A stretch of DNA of 64,000 nucleotides from an uncultured Candidatus Saccharibacteria bacterium (GTDB lineage Bacteria > Patescibacteriota > Minisyncoccia > UBA6257 > 1-14-0-10-44-23). Made by a program: the position numbers and the translations under genes. Below, in pieces: positions 39,001 to 47,526 of this stretch; position 1 is the first letter of the stretch, and the number at the start of each line of letters is the position of its first letter. The stretch is taken from the NCBI GenBank assembly GCA_964641225.1, contig CAZXKC010000001.1, forward strand, positions 23,268-87,267, written 5' to 3'. Below the pieces are notes generated by a model that had not been told where the DNA came from, did not search any database, and saw nothing but the letters and a program-made list of their open reading frames with translations.

Positions 39001-42000
39001 TTGCTACATCAACCGGTAAATTCAATCAAGGCGGTCATTTTGCTAGCGGTTCATATTTCAATGGTTCAATTACTCAGCCAACTTCTTCGTATTCTGTTAG
39101 TGCGTGGCTCTCGCATAGTTCTGCTAGTAACGATAACAATGAAGGTATCTGGGACACCCAAAATCCTGTTCAAGCCTATTGGGAGACTGGCATGACGTTT
39201 GCCTACAACCCTTCTATTGGTAAATTCCGCGTCTATCACGGCAATGGTTCTTGGCAGGATAGCAATGACGTAGGTTCAACTTTTGAAGATGGTTTAATGC
39301 ATCACGTCGTTGTCACTTGGACTGGCACCACCTCTACGTTCTATTTAGATGGTTCGTCTATAGGTTCCACTTCTCACTCGCGTGCAATGAATAATGATGG
39401 CAGTTATCAGATTGGGCAGAGGACTACTAATGATCAACCCTGGTACGGCAATATGGACGATATCGCTATATTTTCGCGAGCGCTGACTTCTGGCGAGGTG
39501 CACGATATTTACAGTATCTTTGTTTCGTCGCCATCAAATTTTTCTCTACTCGCTTCAGAATCAACTGTCGATGCTAGTTCGACTAAAGTAAAAGAGTCGC
39601 GCGTATATTACGATAGTCTTGCTCTGGGTTCTGTGAGTAAGGGCAATTCCACCAAACAAGAATCTTGGAAGAGCAGCAGTGATTACGCCAGCAGCACTAA
39701 GGTCTATAACAGTTATGGTTTGGTCACAAGTGCAACTGATCCACGAGGTAAAACTACGACCTATAGTTACGATACGTTTAACCTTTACGTTGCTACTTCA
39801 ACGAATCCACTGTCTCAAACTACCGGCTATCTGTATGACTACAGTCTGGGTAAACCAAAACAAATCACTGACGCCAACGGCTTGGTATCCCAAACAGTTT
39901 TCGATGGCGTTGACCGCGTCACTGAAGAAAAGCAACCGGACTTAGCAAGCCCGAGCAGTCTCGTGACAAAAGCTACATATGCGTACACCTATCAAAGCCC
40001 CGTCGGCTTAATGGTTAAGCAGTCGCAATATCTTGATGGCAGCAATATCGTTGATCGGTATACCTATACCGATGGATTCGGGCGCACTATTCAAACTCGT
40101 CAAGAAACTGAAGATAGTTTTGCGGTGAGCGACATTGTGTACAACAATATTGATAAAGTACTCAAAGAAAGTTTGCCGTACTTTAGTTCTGGCGCAAGCT
40201 CAACAACAGCAACTGCAGTCGCAACGCTATATACAAACTATACCTACGATTCGCTCTACCGCGTCAGTACCACTACAAATAGCGTTGGTACCACTACCAT
40301 GGCCTACGATGATTGGAAGACAACGATTATCGACCCGATGGGTACACCAAAGTCACTGTATAAAGATGCGTATGGCAATCTCAAGCAAGTCGATGAAACA
40401 ATTGGCACGAGCACGGTCTCAACGGCCTACACGTACAACTATCTGCAAAATCTAACCGGTATTACGGATGCGCTCGGCAATATTCGCAGCTTTACGTACG
40501 ATGGCCTTGGCCGTCGTCTGACCGCGCAAGACTTACACGTCTCCGGAGATGGTACGTATGGCAGTTATACATACACATATGATGACGCAGGCAATCTTAC
40601 TCAACAGGTTGATCCAACCAGTCAGACGGTTAACTTTACCTACGACGATCTCAGCCGTCCGCTCACCGAAGATTATACGGGAGCCTCCAGTACAGAAATT
40701 ACTTATACCTACGACAGCTGTACGTACGGCGTCGGGCGGCTCTGTTCAACTTCATCAACAGATGTTTTAGCGACTAGTACCTATAACGCGCTTGGTTTGG
40801 TGGCAACCTCGACCAAATCTATTTCCGGCACGGCCTACTCGACAACATATAGCTACGACAGAGTTGGCAATGTTCTTGAAACGATTAATCCTGATGTCAG
40901 CCGAGTTAAGAATACTTACAATGCTGGCGGTTTTTTGGAAACTATTCAACGTAAAGAGTCTACTGATGGTGACTACATTGATGTCGTAACTGACTTTGAC
41001 TACGGTCCGCACGGAAAAGTAACTGAGATTGATTATGAAAATGGAGCCATTACCGAGAACACGTATGATTCAAGCAAGCAGTATCGCTTGCTTAGAAAGC
41101 TCACCACCGTACCCGCAGGAGAGAGCATGATGCGTTCGTTTTCGATGATCGAGCCTGACGTTGAATTGTTAGAATCGAAGGAGGGGTCGACTAGTACCTT
41201 AGAAATGTCATCAAGTACTCCTGAAGAAGCTTCGAGTATTCTTGAAGAGTCGACGAGCACAGTTTTTGAGGCCACTTCAACGAGTGAACAGGCCGAAGCG
41301 ACTTCGACGATGGAAAGCTCTGAGTCTGCTCAATCCGCAGAGTCGGCCACTCCGACAGAGGAGGAACAACAGGAAGAGGCTAGCTCAACTCCGACTTCAT
41401 TCCTGCCTCGCTACACAGGTCTGACGCTGCGCGATGTTTTTTCGATACTTGCTGAAGTCTTTACTATCAAAACTGCTCTTGCGTCTGGCCCCATAGAACT
41501 CTACGATACGTCGTTATATAACGACGGCAACCTTCTTAATTATTATCGGCTTGAAGGTAACGTAAATGACTCTAAGGGTTCTAGTAACGGCACAAACCAC
41601 TCTGTTACGTTTAGTACCTCTACGGGCATGTTTGGTCAAGGCGGTCATTTTGCTAGCGGTACATATTTTAACGGCTCAACTACTCAGCCCACCTCTACGT
41701 ACAGTATTAGTGTCTGGCTTTCGCACTCTTCCGCCTCAAACGACAACAACGAGGCGATTTGGGACACTCAGCATCCGACTGAGTGGGAAACTGGTATTAC
41801 GACCGCCTACAATCCCTATCTTGGTAAGTTCCGTGTTTACCACGGCAATGGTTCCTGGCAAGACAGCAGCAACGTAGGCACGTACTTCGAAGACGGAGTC
41901 ATGCACCACCTCGTCATCACTTGGACCGGCTCTGTCACCACCTTCTACCTCGACGGCTCCAATATTGGCTCTGGGTCCTACACCCGTGCCGTCTACAACG

Positions 42001-43649
42001 ACGGAAGCTTTCAGATAGGTCAGCGAACTGCCAACGACCAGCCTTGGTACGGTAACATGGATGACTTTGCTATCTTTAGTAGAGCTCTATCCGAAGAAGA
42101 AGTCGCTGATTTATATTACGGCACCGAGGGAGTCCCCATCCAAGATCTCAACTATACCTACGATGCAAACGGAAATATCACGAAGATAATAGACAGTTCA
42201 GAGACTGATACCTACAAAGTTACTGATTACACGTACGATACACTGAACAGGCTCACGAACGCTTCAAGCTCATTAGCTGCAACTTCAACGAACTACAATT
42301 ACACGTATGTGTATAACGCCATCGGCAATATTACAAGTTCGACGCCGAGCGGGGTATATCTGTATCCAACCACCACGAGCGGATACGTAAATCCTCATGG
42401 AGCAGTGAGTATCGGAGGAGCTACATACGCATATGACAATAACGGAAACTTAACGAGTGATGGAACTTGGACACACAGTTGGGATTACAGGAACAGACTC
42501 ACGCAGTCTTCTTCTAGCGTGAAGTTAATTTCGTACAATTACGATGCAAGTAATAGCCGGGTTAAAATGGTAACTCCAAGTTCAACGACAATTATTCCGT
42601 TCCCAACATATTCAACTGAAGCAGGAAGTGCGGTAAAATATATCTCTGCGAATGGTCAGTTGATTGCGACGATCAGAGGGAGCACAACAACAGCTGCGGT
42701 GTATTATACGCATCCGGATCACTTGGGGAGTCAGGAGAAGACGACGGATTCGGATACGACTGTAAGCGAGCTGTCGAGTTATGATCCCTTTGGTGCGGTA
42801 AGACTGAATGAGTCAACGGTTCACGACCGCCGATCGTTTTTGGGCAAAGATCTGGATTTAGATACTGGCTTATCGCAACTCGAAGCACGTTTTTATAAAG
42901 GAGCAGTAGGAAGATTTATTAGTCAGGATCCGATGTTTTGGGAACTGAAACAAAATTTACAGGATCCGCAAAGTTTGAATTCGTATGGTTATGCCGGTAA
43001 TAATCCAATAAGGTTTAGTGACCCAACAGGAAGAGATTACCTCGAACTTTCATTCTCAGGCACATATTTTTTTGTTAGCGGTGGAGCAGGCTTACGTCTT
43101 GATCAGAATGGCATTGACTGGTTTGTTTTCGGCGGCCCAGCTTTAGCGACGCCAGGGGGTTACTTGGAAGGTCGATATTCAAATGGTAATTTAACTCATC
43201 AATCTGAAACAACCGTGTCGCGAACTGGAAAAGCTGCCGCCGGTCTTGGATTTTCGATATCTAGCGAAGGTGAGTACGATTCGAGTGATCCTCTCGGTGG
43301 CGGGAGGAATCGTACTACTGAGTCCGCTTTCATATTAGGGGGCGGAGTATCGATTTCGCAAGATTATAGTTATTCGCATAAGATGAAGATTTGGGGTAAT
43401 ACATTTGAAGAAGGTCCATATATTGGCCCCTTCAGTACCCAGGAATATAAAAACCGTGATACTATATCTCGTCAGGGGAATACAACGCTTTCCAGTTATA
43501 GGGCACCTGCATCTCAATCATCAGGTAGTCAAAGGACAACTGGTTCCGCGTCCTATCAGCAACAGCAAATTAATATTATTACGCAGCTTATCGGATTGTA
43601 TCAGCAAGTTTTGAATATACAAACGGGGCAACCGGGAGGTAAAAGATAA
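36018..43649 (+). CDS. Giant secreted RHS/YD-repeat polymorphic toxin-like protein (2543 aa) with a Tc-toxin-like architecture
   Basis: In order along the protein:
- Signal-peptide-like N-terminus.
- SpvB-like motif (PGVDQTTGALTYTYPLKMPPGRNGMQPDLSLSY).
- Repeated FG-GAP/integrin-like DxNxDGxxD loops (DVNSDGLPDIL, DINGDGRIDLV, DLTGDGLPDFI, DYNGDGMVDIL).
- Two ~195-aa LamG-like modules.
- YD repeats (YTYDxxGN).
- RHS core ending DPxG (FSDPTGRDY).
- A ~200-aa C-terminal tip. Confidence 0.85.
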   Translation: MKSYAQTPSTFRRFLTASLIFVLTLAPIGPALAQQASSTPPAQSSEDFSSSSTADPDHPILSGSLSDVAEQSSEISAESEEEISEGNEEEPPQSSMAMSGSGDISGGADGSPNTIKQVIPGVDQTTGALTYTYPLKMPPGRNGMQPDLSLSYNSLSADSNSIVGYGWSLNIPYIKRINKDGVNKLYSENYFESSLSGELVPYPTSSTSIFRSKVDNGEFLNYTFASNTWTVTDKSGKTYTFGNSSSTQLVDDASSTRIFAWMLNEVRDLNGNYMTYEYYKAYGQIYPNKIYYTQYGTSTAPFEIEFSRESRSDGYVKYDMGFAASSTYRIKEITAKHNGTWTKKYTLGYATSTTGIRSLLDTITESGFSDASATTTLPATDFDYQSNLPTGVSTLFETQTIYDVTCPANINTTQGVIISDVNSDGLPDILEANNSETATYLNTGIFDGTSTWATSTMFNSPLLFSNASSTDLGVRLADINGDGRIDLVKRVNSSSTIYFNTSSGWSLHTSTSTWVIPEDTANSDGSDNGVRLVDLTGDGLPDFIQTTTGGGSNTHVWVNNGSNWVSDSGWDTFPQGILQDHPMFVDLNNDGLMDDIQSSVSGVNWHHWAYLNNGKGGWVAASQYDPAAMYYFNYNGNDWGTREADINGDGFSDLLQGKNLLGTAAHVNTGLGWSTSSWSGLEFVDNGSHDNGYRFADYNGDGMVDILNCKTGGSADIFLKNQQLKPDLLTRIKLPTGGSTAVAYQPTTKYVTGASSTLLNANLPFVIDTVSTITKSDNVSPTSTQTFSYEGGQQYFAGALDRKMAGFAKVVSTDTASNTTSVFYHQGDSSSSSTGEYNDDVFKIGKVYRTEVADSSGNIYSKTINKWDEATSTTSSSTFVNLAQTISFSYDGDADHKEKAESYTYSTSTSNLLTKTQWGEVTGSNDGTFSDTGSDKFITTYTYASSTASSTTSSTVELYTTSFYSDSSLIAYWRLEGGLSDSKGSSNGTNHSVTFATSTGKFNQGGHFASGSYFNGSITQPTSSYSVSAWLSHSSASNDNNEGIWDTQNPVQAYWETGMTFAYNPSIGKFRVYHGNGSWQDSNDVGSTFEDGLMHHVVVTWTGTTSTFYLDGSSIGSTSHSRAMNNDGSYQIGQRTTNDQPWYGNMDDIAIFSRALTSGEVHDIYSIFVSSPSNFSLLASESTVDASSTKVKESRVYYDSLALGSVSKGNSTKQESWKSSSDYASSTKVYNSYGLVTSATDPRGKTTTYSYDTFNLYVATSTNPLSQTTGYLYDYSLGKPKQITDANGLVSQTVFDGVDRVTEEKQPDLASPSSLVTKATYAYTYQSPVGLMVKQSQYLDGSNIVDRYTYTDGFGRTIQTRQETEDSFAVSDIVYNNIDKVLKESLPYFSSGASSTTATAVATLYTNYTYDSLYRVSTTTNSVGTTTMAYDDWKTTIIDPMGTPKSLYKDAYGNLKQVDETIGTSTVSTAYTYNYLQNLTGITDALGNIRSFTYDGLGRRLTAQDLHVSGDGTYGSYTYTYDDAGNLTQQVDPTSQTVNFTYDDLSRPLTEDYTGASSTEITYTYDSCTYGVGRLCSTSSTDVLATSTYNALGLVATSTKSISGTAYSTTYSYDRVGNVLETINPDVSRVKNTYNAGGFLETIQRKESTDGDYIDVVTDFDYGPHGKVTEIDYENGAITENTYDSSKQYRLLRKLTTVPAGESMMRSFSMIEPDVELLESKEGSTSTLEMSSSTPEEASSILEESTSTVFEATSTSEQAEATSTMESSESAQSAESATPTEEEQQEEASSTPTSFLPRYTGLTLRDVFSILAEVFTIKTALASGPIELYDTSLYNDGNLLNYYRLEGNVNDSKGSSNGTNHSVTFSTSTGMFGQGGHFASGTYFNGSTTQPTSTYSISVWLSHSSASNDNNEAIWDTQHPTEWETGITTAYNPYLGKFRVYHGNGSWQDSSNVGTYFEDGVMHHLVITWTGSVTTFYLDGSNIGSGSYTRAVYNDGSFQIGQRTANDQPWYGNMDDFAIFSRALSEEEVADLYYGTEGVPIQDLNYTYDANGNITKIIDSSETDTYKVTDYTYDTLNRLTNASSSLAATSTNYNYTYVYNAIGNITSSTPSGVYLYPTTTSGYVNPHGAVSIGGATYAYDNNGNLTSDGTWTHSWDYRNRLTQSSSSVKLISYNYDASNSRVKMVTPSSTTIIPFPTYSTEAGSAVKYISANGQLIATIRGSTTTAAVYYTHPDHLGSQEKTTDSDTTVSELSSYDPFGAVRLNESTVHDRRSFLGKDLDLDTGLSQLEARFYKGAVGRFISQDPMFWELKQNLQDPQSLNSYGYAGNNPIRFSDPTGRDYLELSFSGTYFFVSGGAGLRLDQNGIDWFVFGGPALATPGGYLEGRYSNGNLTHQSETTVSRTGKAAAGLGFSISSEGEYDSSDPLGGGRNRTTESAFILGGGVSISQDYSYSHKMKIWGNTFEEGPYIGPFSTQEYKNRDTISRQGNTTLSSYRAPASQSSGSQRTTGSASYQQQQINIITQLIGLYQQVLNIQTGQPGGKR
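38922..39512 (+). repeat. Internal duplicated LamG-like module, copy 1 (the partner is at 41533-42119)
   Basis: ~80% amino-acid identity between the two segments (SSNGTNHSVTF.STSTG.F.QGGHFASG.YFNGS.TQPTS.YS.S.WLSHSSASNDNNE.IWDTQ...GNMDD.AIFSRAL). Confidence 0.8.
41533..42119 (+). repeat. Internal duplicated LamG-like module, copy 2
   Basis: See copy 1. Confidence 0.8.
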
Positions 43650-43664
43650 AATAATTTTAAAGAC

Positions 43665-43916
43665 ATGAATATATTTTTCGCAATAGTTTTGGCGGCGTTA
43701 GGACTAACCTTCATACTTATGAGAAAGAAAATTGCTAAGCCTTGGTTTAAGGCGACTGCGTTTTCTATGAAAAAATGGGCGCCAGGATCATTGGGTTCAA
43801 GATTTTTCGGAATTGAAAATCCGGAGAGTAAGGGGTGGATAGCTTTTTTGAGTTGGGGTTTAGTCTTCGTTGGAATTGTACTTTTGTTTGCTGCTTATAC
43901 TTTATTGCGAGAATAA
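43665..43916 (+). CDS. Small two-TM protein (83 aa), candidate immunity protein for the upstream toxin tip
   Basis: Starts 16 nt after the RHS gene stop. Two hydrophobic helices. Confidence 0.4.
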   Translation: MNIFFAIVLAALGLTFILMRKKIAKPWFKATAFSMKKWAPGSLGSRFFGIENPESKGWIAFLSWGLVFVGIVLLFAAYTLLRE

Positions 43917-44028
43917 TATTTTGACAATTCATCGTAAGCAAAGTTGGGCAGAATGTAATCGGGAAAAGTAAAAATATCTTTTGCGGATACTATGAGTAGC
44001 TTGATAGGCCTTCGATCATCTGATCAGG

Positions 44029-44058
44029 CAGGTTCTAATCTCCTTCATCAGCCGGAGC
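44029..44058 (+). promoter_or_regulatory. Copy 1 of a 30-nt upstream motif caggttctaatctccttcatcagccggagc, with a degenerate second half-repeat at 44063-44086
   Basis: Near-identical 30-mers at 44029, 45021 and 46686. Each lies 35-90 nt upstream of a start codon. Confidence 0.45.
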
Positions 44059-44116
44059 CAAAGTTCTAATTTCCTTCACTGCGGGGTATACTTTGGGCAT
44101 ATTTCCTCTGCCCAGC

Positions 44117-44980
44117 ATGAACAAGAAAACTCTTAAAAATGGCTTCTTTCTCCCCGACATTGGACTTGGCACAGGAGGCCCTAGCTCTAAAATTGTTAAT
44201 GAAGCATCTTGGAAACAGGCCATTCACGAAGCATTAGAAATTGGCTACCAGCACATTGACTGCGCTCCGACGTATTCAGACGGCCTTGCCGAGAAACTGG
44301 TAGGCGAAATTATCCAAAACACAGACTTATCAAAACTGGTTATATCAACAAAAGTCTCCCCAAAAGATCTCGCCCGTAAGGACTTCATTAATTCCGTAGA
44401 GAGCAGTTTGAAACGACTTAAAATAAATTCTATCGATTTACTTTACATTCACGCGTCCAATCCAAATATCCCCCTAAAAGAAACCATGAAGGCGCTAGAT
44501 GAATGCGTCACAAGAGGTCTTGCAAAGCATATTGCGGTTAGCAACTTCAACACCACGCTCCTCAAAGAGGCGCAGTCCCTTACGAACAACAAAATAGTAG
44601 CAAATCAAATTGAATACAACTTATCTACGCGCGAACAAAGTCATTGTGAGGGGTGCGATAATATGGAGTCAGAAATATTACCCTACTGCCAAGCGAACGA
44701 TATTCTTGTAGTCGCATATAGGCCAGTTGATAGAGGTGCGTTATTAGAGCCTAACCCTCTCCTTGATGAACTCACAAAAAAATATAACAAGACAAGAGCT
44801 CAGCTTGCCATTAATTGGCTCATATCTCAGAAAAATGTCGTTACTATTCCAAGGTCAGACAAGAAAGAGCATCTTGTCGAAAACTTCGAAGCTGGCGGCT
44901 GGTATATGGAAAAAACAGATGTCGAGAGGTTGCGCCGAGAATATCCTCAACAGAAAGTAACTCAATATCGATACTATTAG
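44117..44980 (+). CDS. Aldo/keto reductase
   Basis: AKR motifs IDCAPTYSDG and YIHASNP, with the catalytic Tyr, Lys and His pattern. Confidence 0.8.
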   Translation: MNKKTLKNGFFLPDIGLGTGGPSSKIVNEASWKQAIHEALEIGYQHIDCAPTYSDGLAEKLVGEIIQNTDLSKLVISTKVSPKDLARKDFINSVESSLKRLKINSIDLLYIHASNPNIPLKETMKALDECVTRGLAKHIAVSNFNTTLLKEAQSLTNNKIVANQIEYNLSTREQSHCEGCDNMESEILPYCQANDILVVAYRPVDRGALLEPNPLLDELTKKYNKTRAQLAINWLISQKNVVTIPRSDKKEHLVENFEAGGWYMEKTDVERLRREYPQQKVTQYRYY

Positions 44981-45020
44981 CCCACTTTTCAGGAGTAATG
45001 ATCTATTTTAGATACTCAAG

Positions 45021-45050
45021 CAGGTTCTAATCTCCTTCATCGGCCGGAGC
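45021..45050 (+). promoter_or_regulatory. Copy 2 of the 30-nt upstream motif
   Basis: caggttctaatctccttcatcggccggagc, preceded by atactcaag as in copy 3. Confidence 0.45.
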
Positions 45051-45109
45051 ACATAGCATTTCATGGGATTTCTTGGGATAATGTGAGGGTGGCAAAGGGC
45101 GCTTATAAA

Positions 45110-45385
45110 ATGAAATCCAAGGTGCTGGTATACCCAGGTATGGCCGCCTGGAGATTTTTGGTTCTACCAAAGAAAGAGGGTGCGGAAATAAAGGAGAAAT
45201 ATGGAAAGTCAGCTAAGGGTTGGGGTTCGTTGCCTGTTTCCGCTAGCATCGGAAAGACAGAATGGAAGACATCTATTTTCCCAGATAAAAAATCTGGAAC
45301 CTATTTACTTCCCCTCAAGGCAAAGATACGAAAAGCAGAAGGTATTGATGACGATGATAGTGTTCAATTTATTATTAAGTTATAA
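45110..45385 (+). CDS. DUF1905-family small protein
   Basis: MKSKVLVYPGMAAWRFLVLPKK...KGWGSLPVSASIGKTEWKTSIF matches the DUF1905 pattern. Confidence 0.5.
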   Translation: MKSKVLVYPGMAAWRFLVLPKKEGAEIKEKYGKSAKGWGSLPVSASIGKTEWKTSIFPDKKSGTYLLPLKAKIRKAEGIDDDDSVQFIIKL

Positions 45386-45393
45386 AGCGAAAT

Positions 45394-45612
45394 ATGACTA
45401 AAACATTTACATGCAAGGAGTTGGGCGGCATTTGTGACGAAAAGTTTTCTGGAGAAACATTCATGGATGTTGTGAATAAGGGCATGGGACATATGATGTC
45501 TGATGCAGCGCACAAGGAAAAGATTATGAATATGGAGCAGTCGACTGGAGAAACGAAAGAGCAATGGATGGAACGGATGCAAAAGGAGTTCGATGCAAGG
45601 TCTGCTGACTAA
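45394..45612 (+). CDS. DUF1059-family small metal-binding protein
   Basis: MTKTFTCKELGGICDEKFSGETFMDV...GMGHMMSDAAH. Confidence 0.55.
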   Translation: MTKTFTCKELGGICDEKFSGETFMDVVNKGMGHMMSDAAHKEKIMNMEQSTGETKEQWMERMQKEFDARSAD

Positions 45613-45624
45613 ATTACCACCAAT

Positions 45625-45996
45625 ATGACAACCTTCTATTTTCTTTCATTCGCATATCTAGTCATTTCTTTTATCCTTGGTGCCGTGTGGCATGTCGTAC
45701 TGTTTAAGGAGTACTATAGAAAACTTGCTATATATTCCAACATTGAAAAGCCGCGATTTGCTTTCGGTTTTTCTGCGATGCTACTTCAAGCATTTGTGTT
45801 CGCGTATTTATATCCCATAATCAACAATCTTTGGCTGTTTGGTGTAGGACTCTTTCTTATCCTCCTAAGTTTTATGGTGTTTGCAGAAGCAGGCAAACAA
45901 AATACAACCTCTTTGTCTGGTTTCGTACTAATTCAGACGGCATTTTGTGCAATCCAAGCCATCCTAGTTACTTTGGCTTTTGGGCTGATTGGATAG
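45625..45996 (+). CDS. Four-TM membrane protein (123 aa), hypothetical
   Basis: Hydrophobic helices throughout. Confidence 0.45.
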   Translation: MTTFYFLSFAYLVISFILGAVWHVVLFKEYYRKLAIYSNIEKPRFAFGFSAMLLQAFVFAYLYPIINNLWLFGVGLFLILLSFMVFAEAGKQNTTSLSGFVLIQTAFCAIQAILVTLAFGLIG

Positions 45997-46150
45997 AGCG
46001 TAACCGTCTCTTGTTGAGTTATATACCAGGAACGTAGACCCTATTCGCGATGAAGAAGGTTCGAAGATTAGAAGCCCAGGGGAGCAGATTTGACATAAAG
46101 CACTATGTGTGTTATTTTTTATTTGTCCCCAAACCACGAAAGGAGATGGG

Positions 46151-46594
46151 ATGAACAAGCAAAGCGCAGCGATGGAGATCGACCCGCAGATGGTGGACGC
46201 GGCTTTCCGAGGCTGCCTCTACACCGAGGACGAGCTGCGGACGCTCCCGAAGAACGAAAAGGGTGTCCCCAAGGGCACCGTCCTCGTCGAGGGCGTCGCG
46301 CACTCGTTCGGCCTGCATCCTCAACGTCTCGAGGCCACACGAGAGCAGGTGACGGAGTGGCTCAAGCTGCTCCCGCATCAGTTCCGCACGAAGGCGTGCG
46401 GTGGTGGCGACGGCTGGTCGTTCCTCAACGCCTGCGTGCAGGAGGACGGCAACCAGTGGACCGGTGAGCACCGCGGCGTGGAGCAGCTCTTCTGCCTCGG
46501 CATGGGTCTCGGTCTCGCCAAGCTCATTGCTCCCCGTGAGACGTGGAGCATCATGCCCGGCGGCATGCCCTACTACTCCATCTCGGTGAAGTAG
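46151..46594 (+). CDS. Hypothetical protein (147 aa) encoded by a strongly GC-rich (~65%) segment; likely horizontally acquired
   Basis: AAAGGAG RBS 7 nt upstream of the ATG at 46151. GC-rich third codon positions in this frame. A GC-rich hairpin terminator at 46620-46670. The overlapping minus-strand ORFs are GC artefacts. Confidence 0.55.
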   Translation: MNKQSAAMEIDPQMVDAAFRGCLYTEDELRTLPKNEKGVPKGTVLVEGVAHSFGLHPQRLEATREQVTEWLKLLPHQFRTKACGGGDGWSFLNACVQEDGNQWTGEHRGVEQLFCLGMGLGLAKLIAPRETWSIMPGGMPYYSISVK

Positions 46595-46685
46595 ACCTCG
46601 CCGCCAAGTTCCTCGCAAGAGCCCGACAGAACGTGACCCGATGGTCGCGACATACTGTCGGGCTCACGTTTTTTAAATACTCAAA

Positions 46686-46715
46686 CAGGTTCTAATCTCC
46701 CTCATCAGCCGGAGC
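46686..46715 (+). promoter_or_regulatory. Copy 3 of the 30-nt upstream motif
   Basis: caggttctaatctccctcatcagccggagc, directly after the terminator of the GC-rich gene. Confidence 0.45.
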
Positions 46716-46752
46716 AATGTTGAACGAAGGGTTACGAAAATACTAATCCTGA

Positions 46753-47106
46753 GTGTATACTTTAAGCATGTGGATCAGGAAACGCTATTTATACTTCGGC
46801 ATAGCATTTTCACTACCTTTTCTTATCGCAAACGTGCTAGTTGCGATGCAAGTGAAATTTTTCCTCTCATTCCTTCGTCCATTTGGGCAGACCACGAATT
46901 ACGAGCAAATCATTGTGCTCGTTCTTGTCGCATTCGTGGGTATCGGTGGTTTTGTATCACTGCTGCCGATTTTAAAAGAAAAACGTTTCTATATAGTCAA
47001 TGCTATTGTCGGTGTGGTGCTTGTTGTGTTCTCGCTTTTTGCCGGGTACGGACTAGGTGTCGACGTTTATCACTGTGACGTTCTGCGAATCCCGAATTGC
47101 GATTAG
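46753..47106 (+). CDS. Membrane protein (117 aa), hypothetical
   Basis: Three or four hydrophobic helices. Confidence 0.45.
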   Translation: MYTLSMWIRKRYLYFGIAFSLPFLIANVLVAMQVKFFLSFLRPFGQTTNYEQIIVLVLVAFVGIGGFVSLLPILKEKRFYIVNAIVGVVLVVFSLFAGYGLGVDVYHCDVLRIPNCD

Positions 47107-47200
47107 TGTAACATTAAAGCGATTGGAACCCTCTTGTATTAAGGTGTTAAGAGTCTTAACGGTTTGGAGTAAAGTAAATTTGTGGTGTTAGGATTAATCT

Positions 47201-47452
47201 ATGCCCAAAGAAATAATAGCTGCCGGTGTAGTACACGAGCTACCTGCTGATTTACGGGAGGCTCTTGTGTCTGCGCCAAAGGCGCTCGTAGTTTGGGAAG
47301 ATATTACACCGCTCGCGCGTAACGAATGGATTTGTTGGGTTACGTCCGGTAAAAAAGAAGAGACAAGGGGTATTCGTATTGAGAAGGCGCTTTCGAAACT
47401 TAAGGGTGGGATGCGTCGGCCTTGTTGTTGGGCGGGATGTCCGCACCGCTAA
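47201..47452 (+). CDS. YdeI/OmpD-associated family protein
   Basis: LPADLREAL...WEDITPLARNEWICWV...KKEETRGIRIEKALSKL. Confidence 0.55.
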   Translation: MPKEIIAAGVVHELPADLREALVSAPKALVVWEDITPLARNEWICWVTSGKKEETRGIRIEKALSKLKGGMRRPCCWAGCPHR

Positions 47453-47526
47453 ATAAGAAAGATCGTTCCTTGGATTGAGTTGTTTTTATTGCATTCCCAG
47501 GAGATCGGCGTTATATTGAAAATAAT

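Noticed and set aside
36127-43614. Numerous 60-110-aa ORFs in other frames inside the RHS gene
   Set aside because: Nested in a single long frame that has coherent domain content.
44029-44058. CUGAUGA (hammerhead core) on the minus strand of the 30-nt repeated motif (tcatcag)
   Set aside because: No stem II hairpin followed by GAAAC, and no cleavage-site helix III. Only the heptamer matches, so this is chance.
46112-46618. Long minus-strand ORFs (46112-46618, 46119-46340, 46378-46566) and the plus-strand ORFs 46105-46467 and 46401-46589 across the GC-rich gene
   Set aside because: High GC suppresses stop codons in all frames. Only 46151-46594 has an RBS, a start and GC3 bias consistent with coding.
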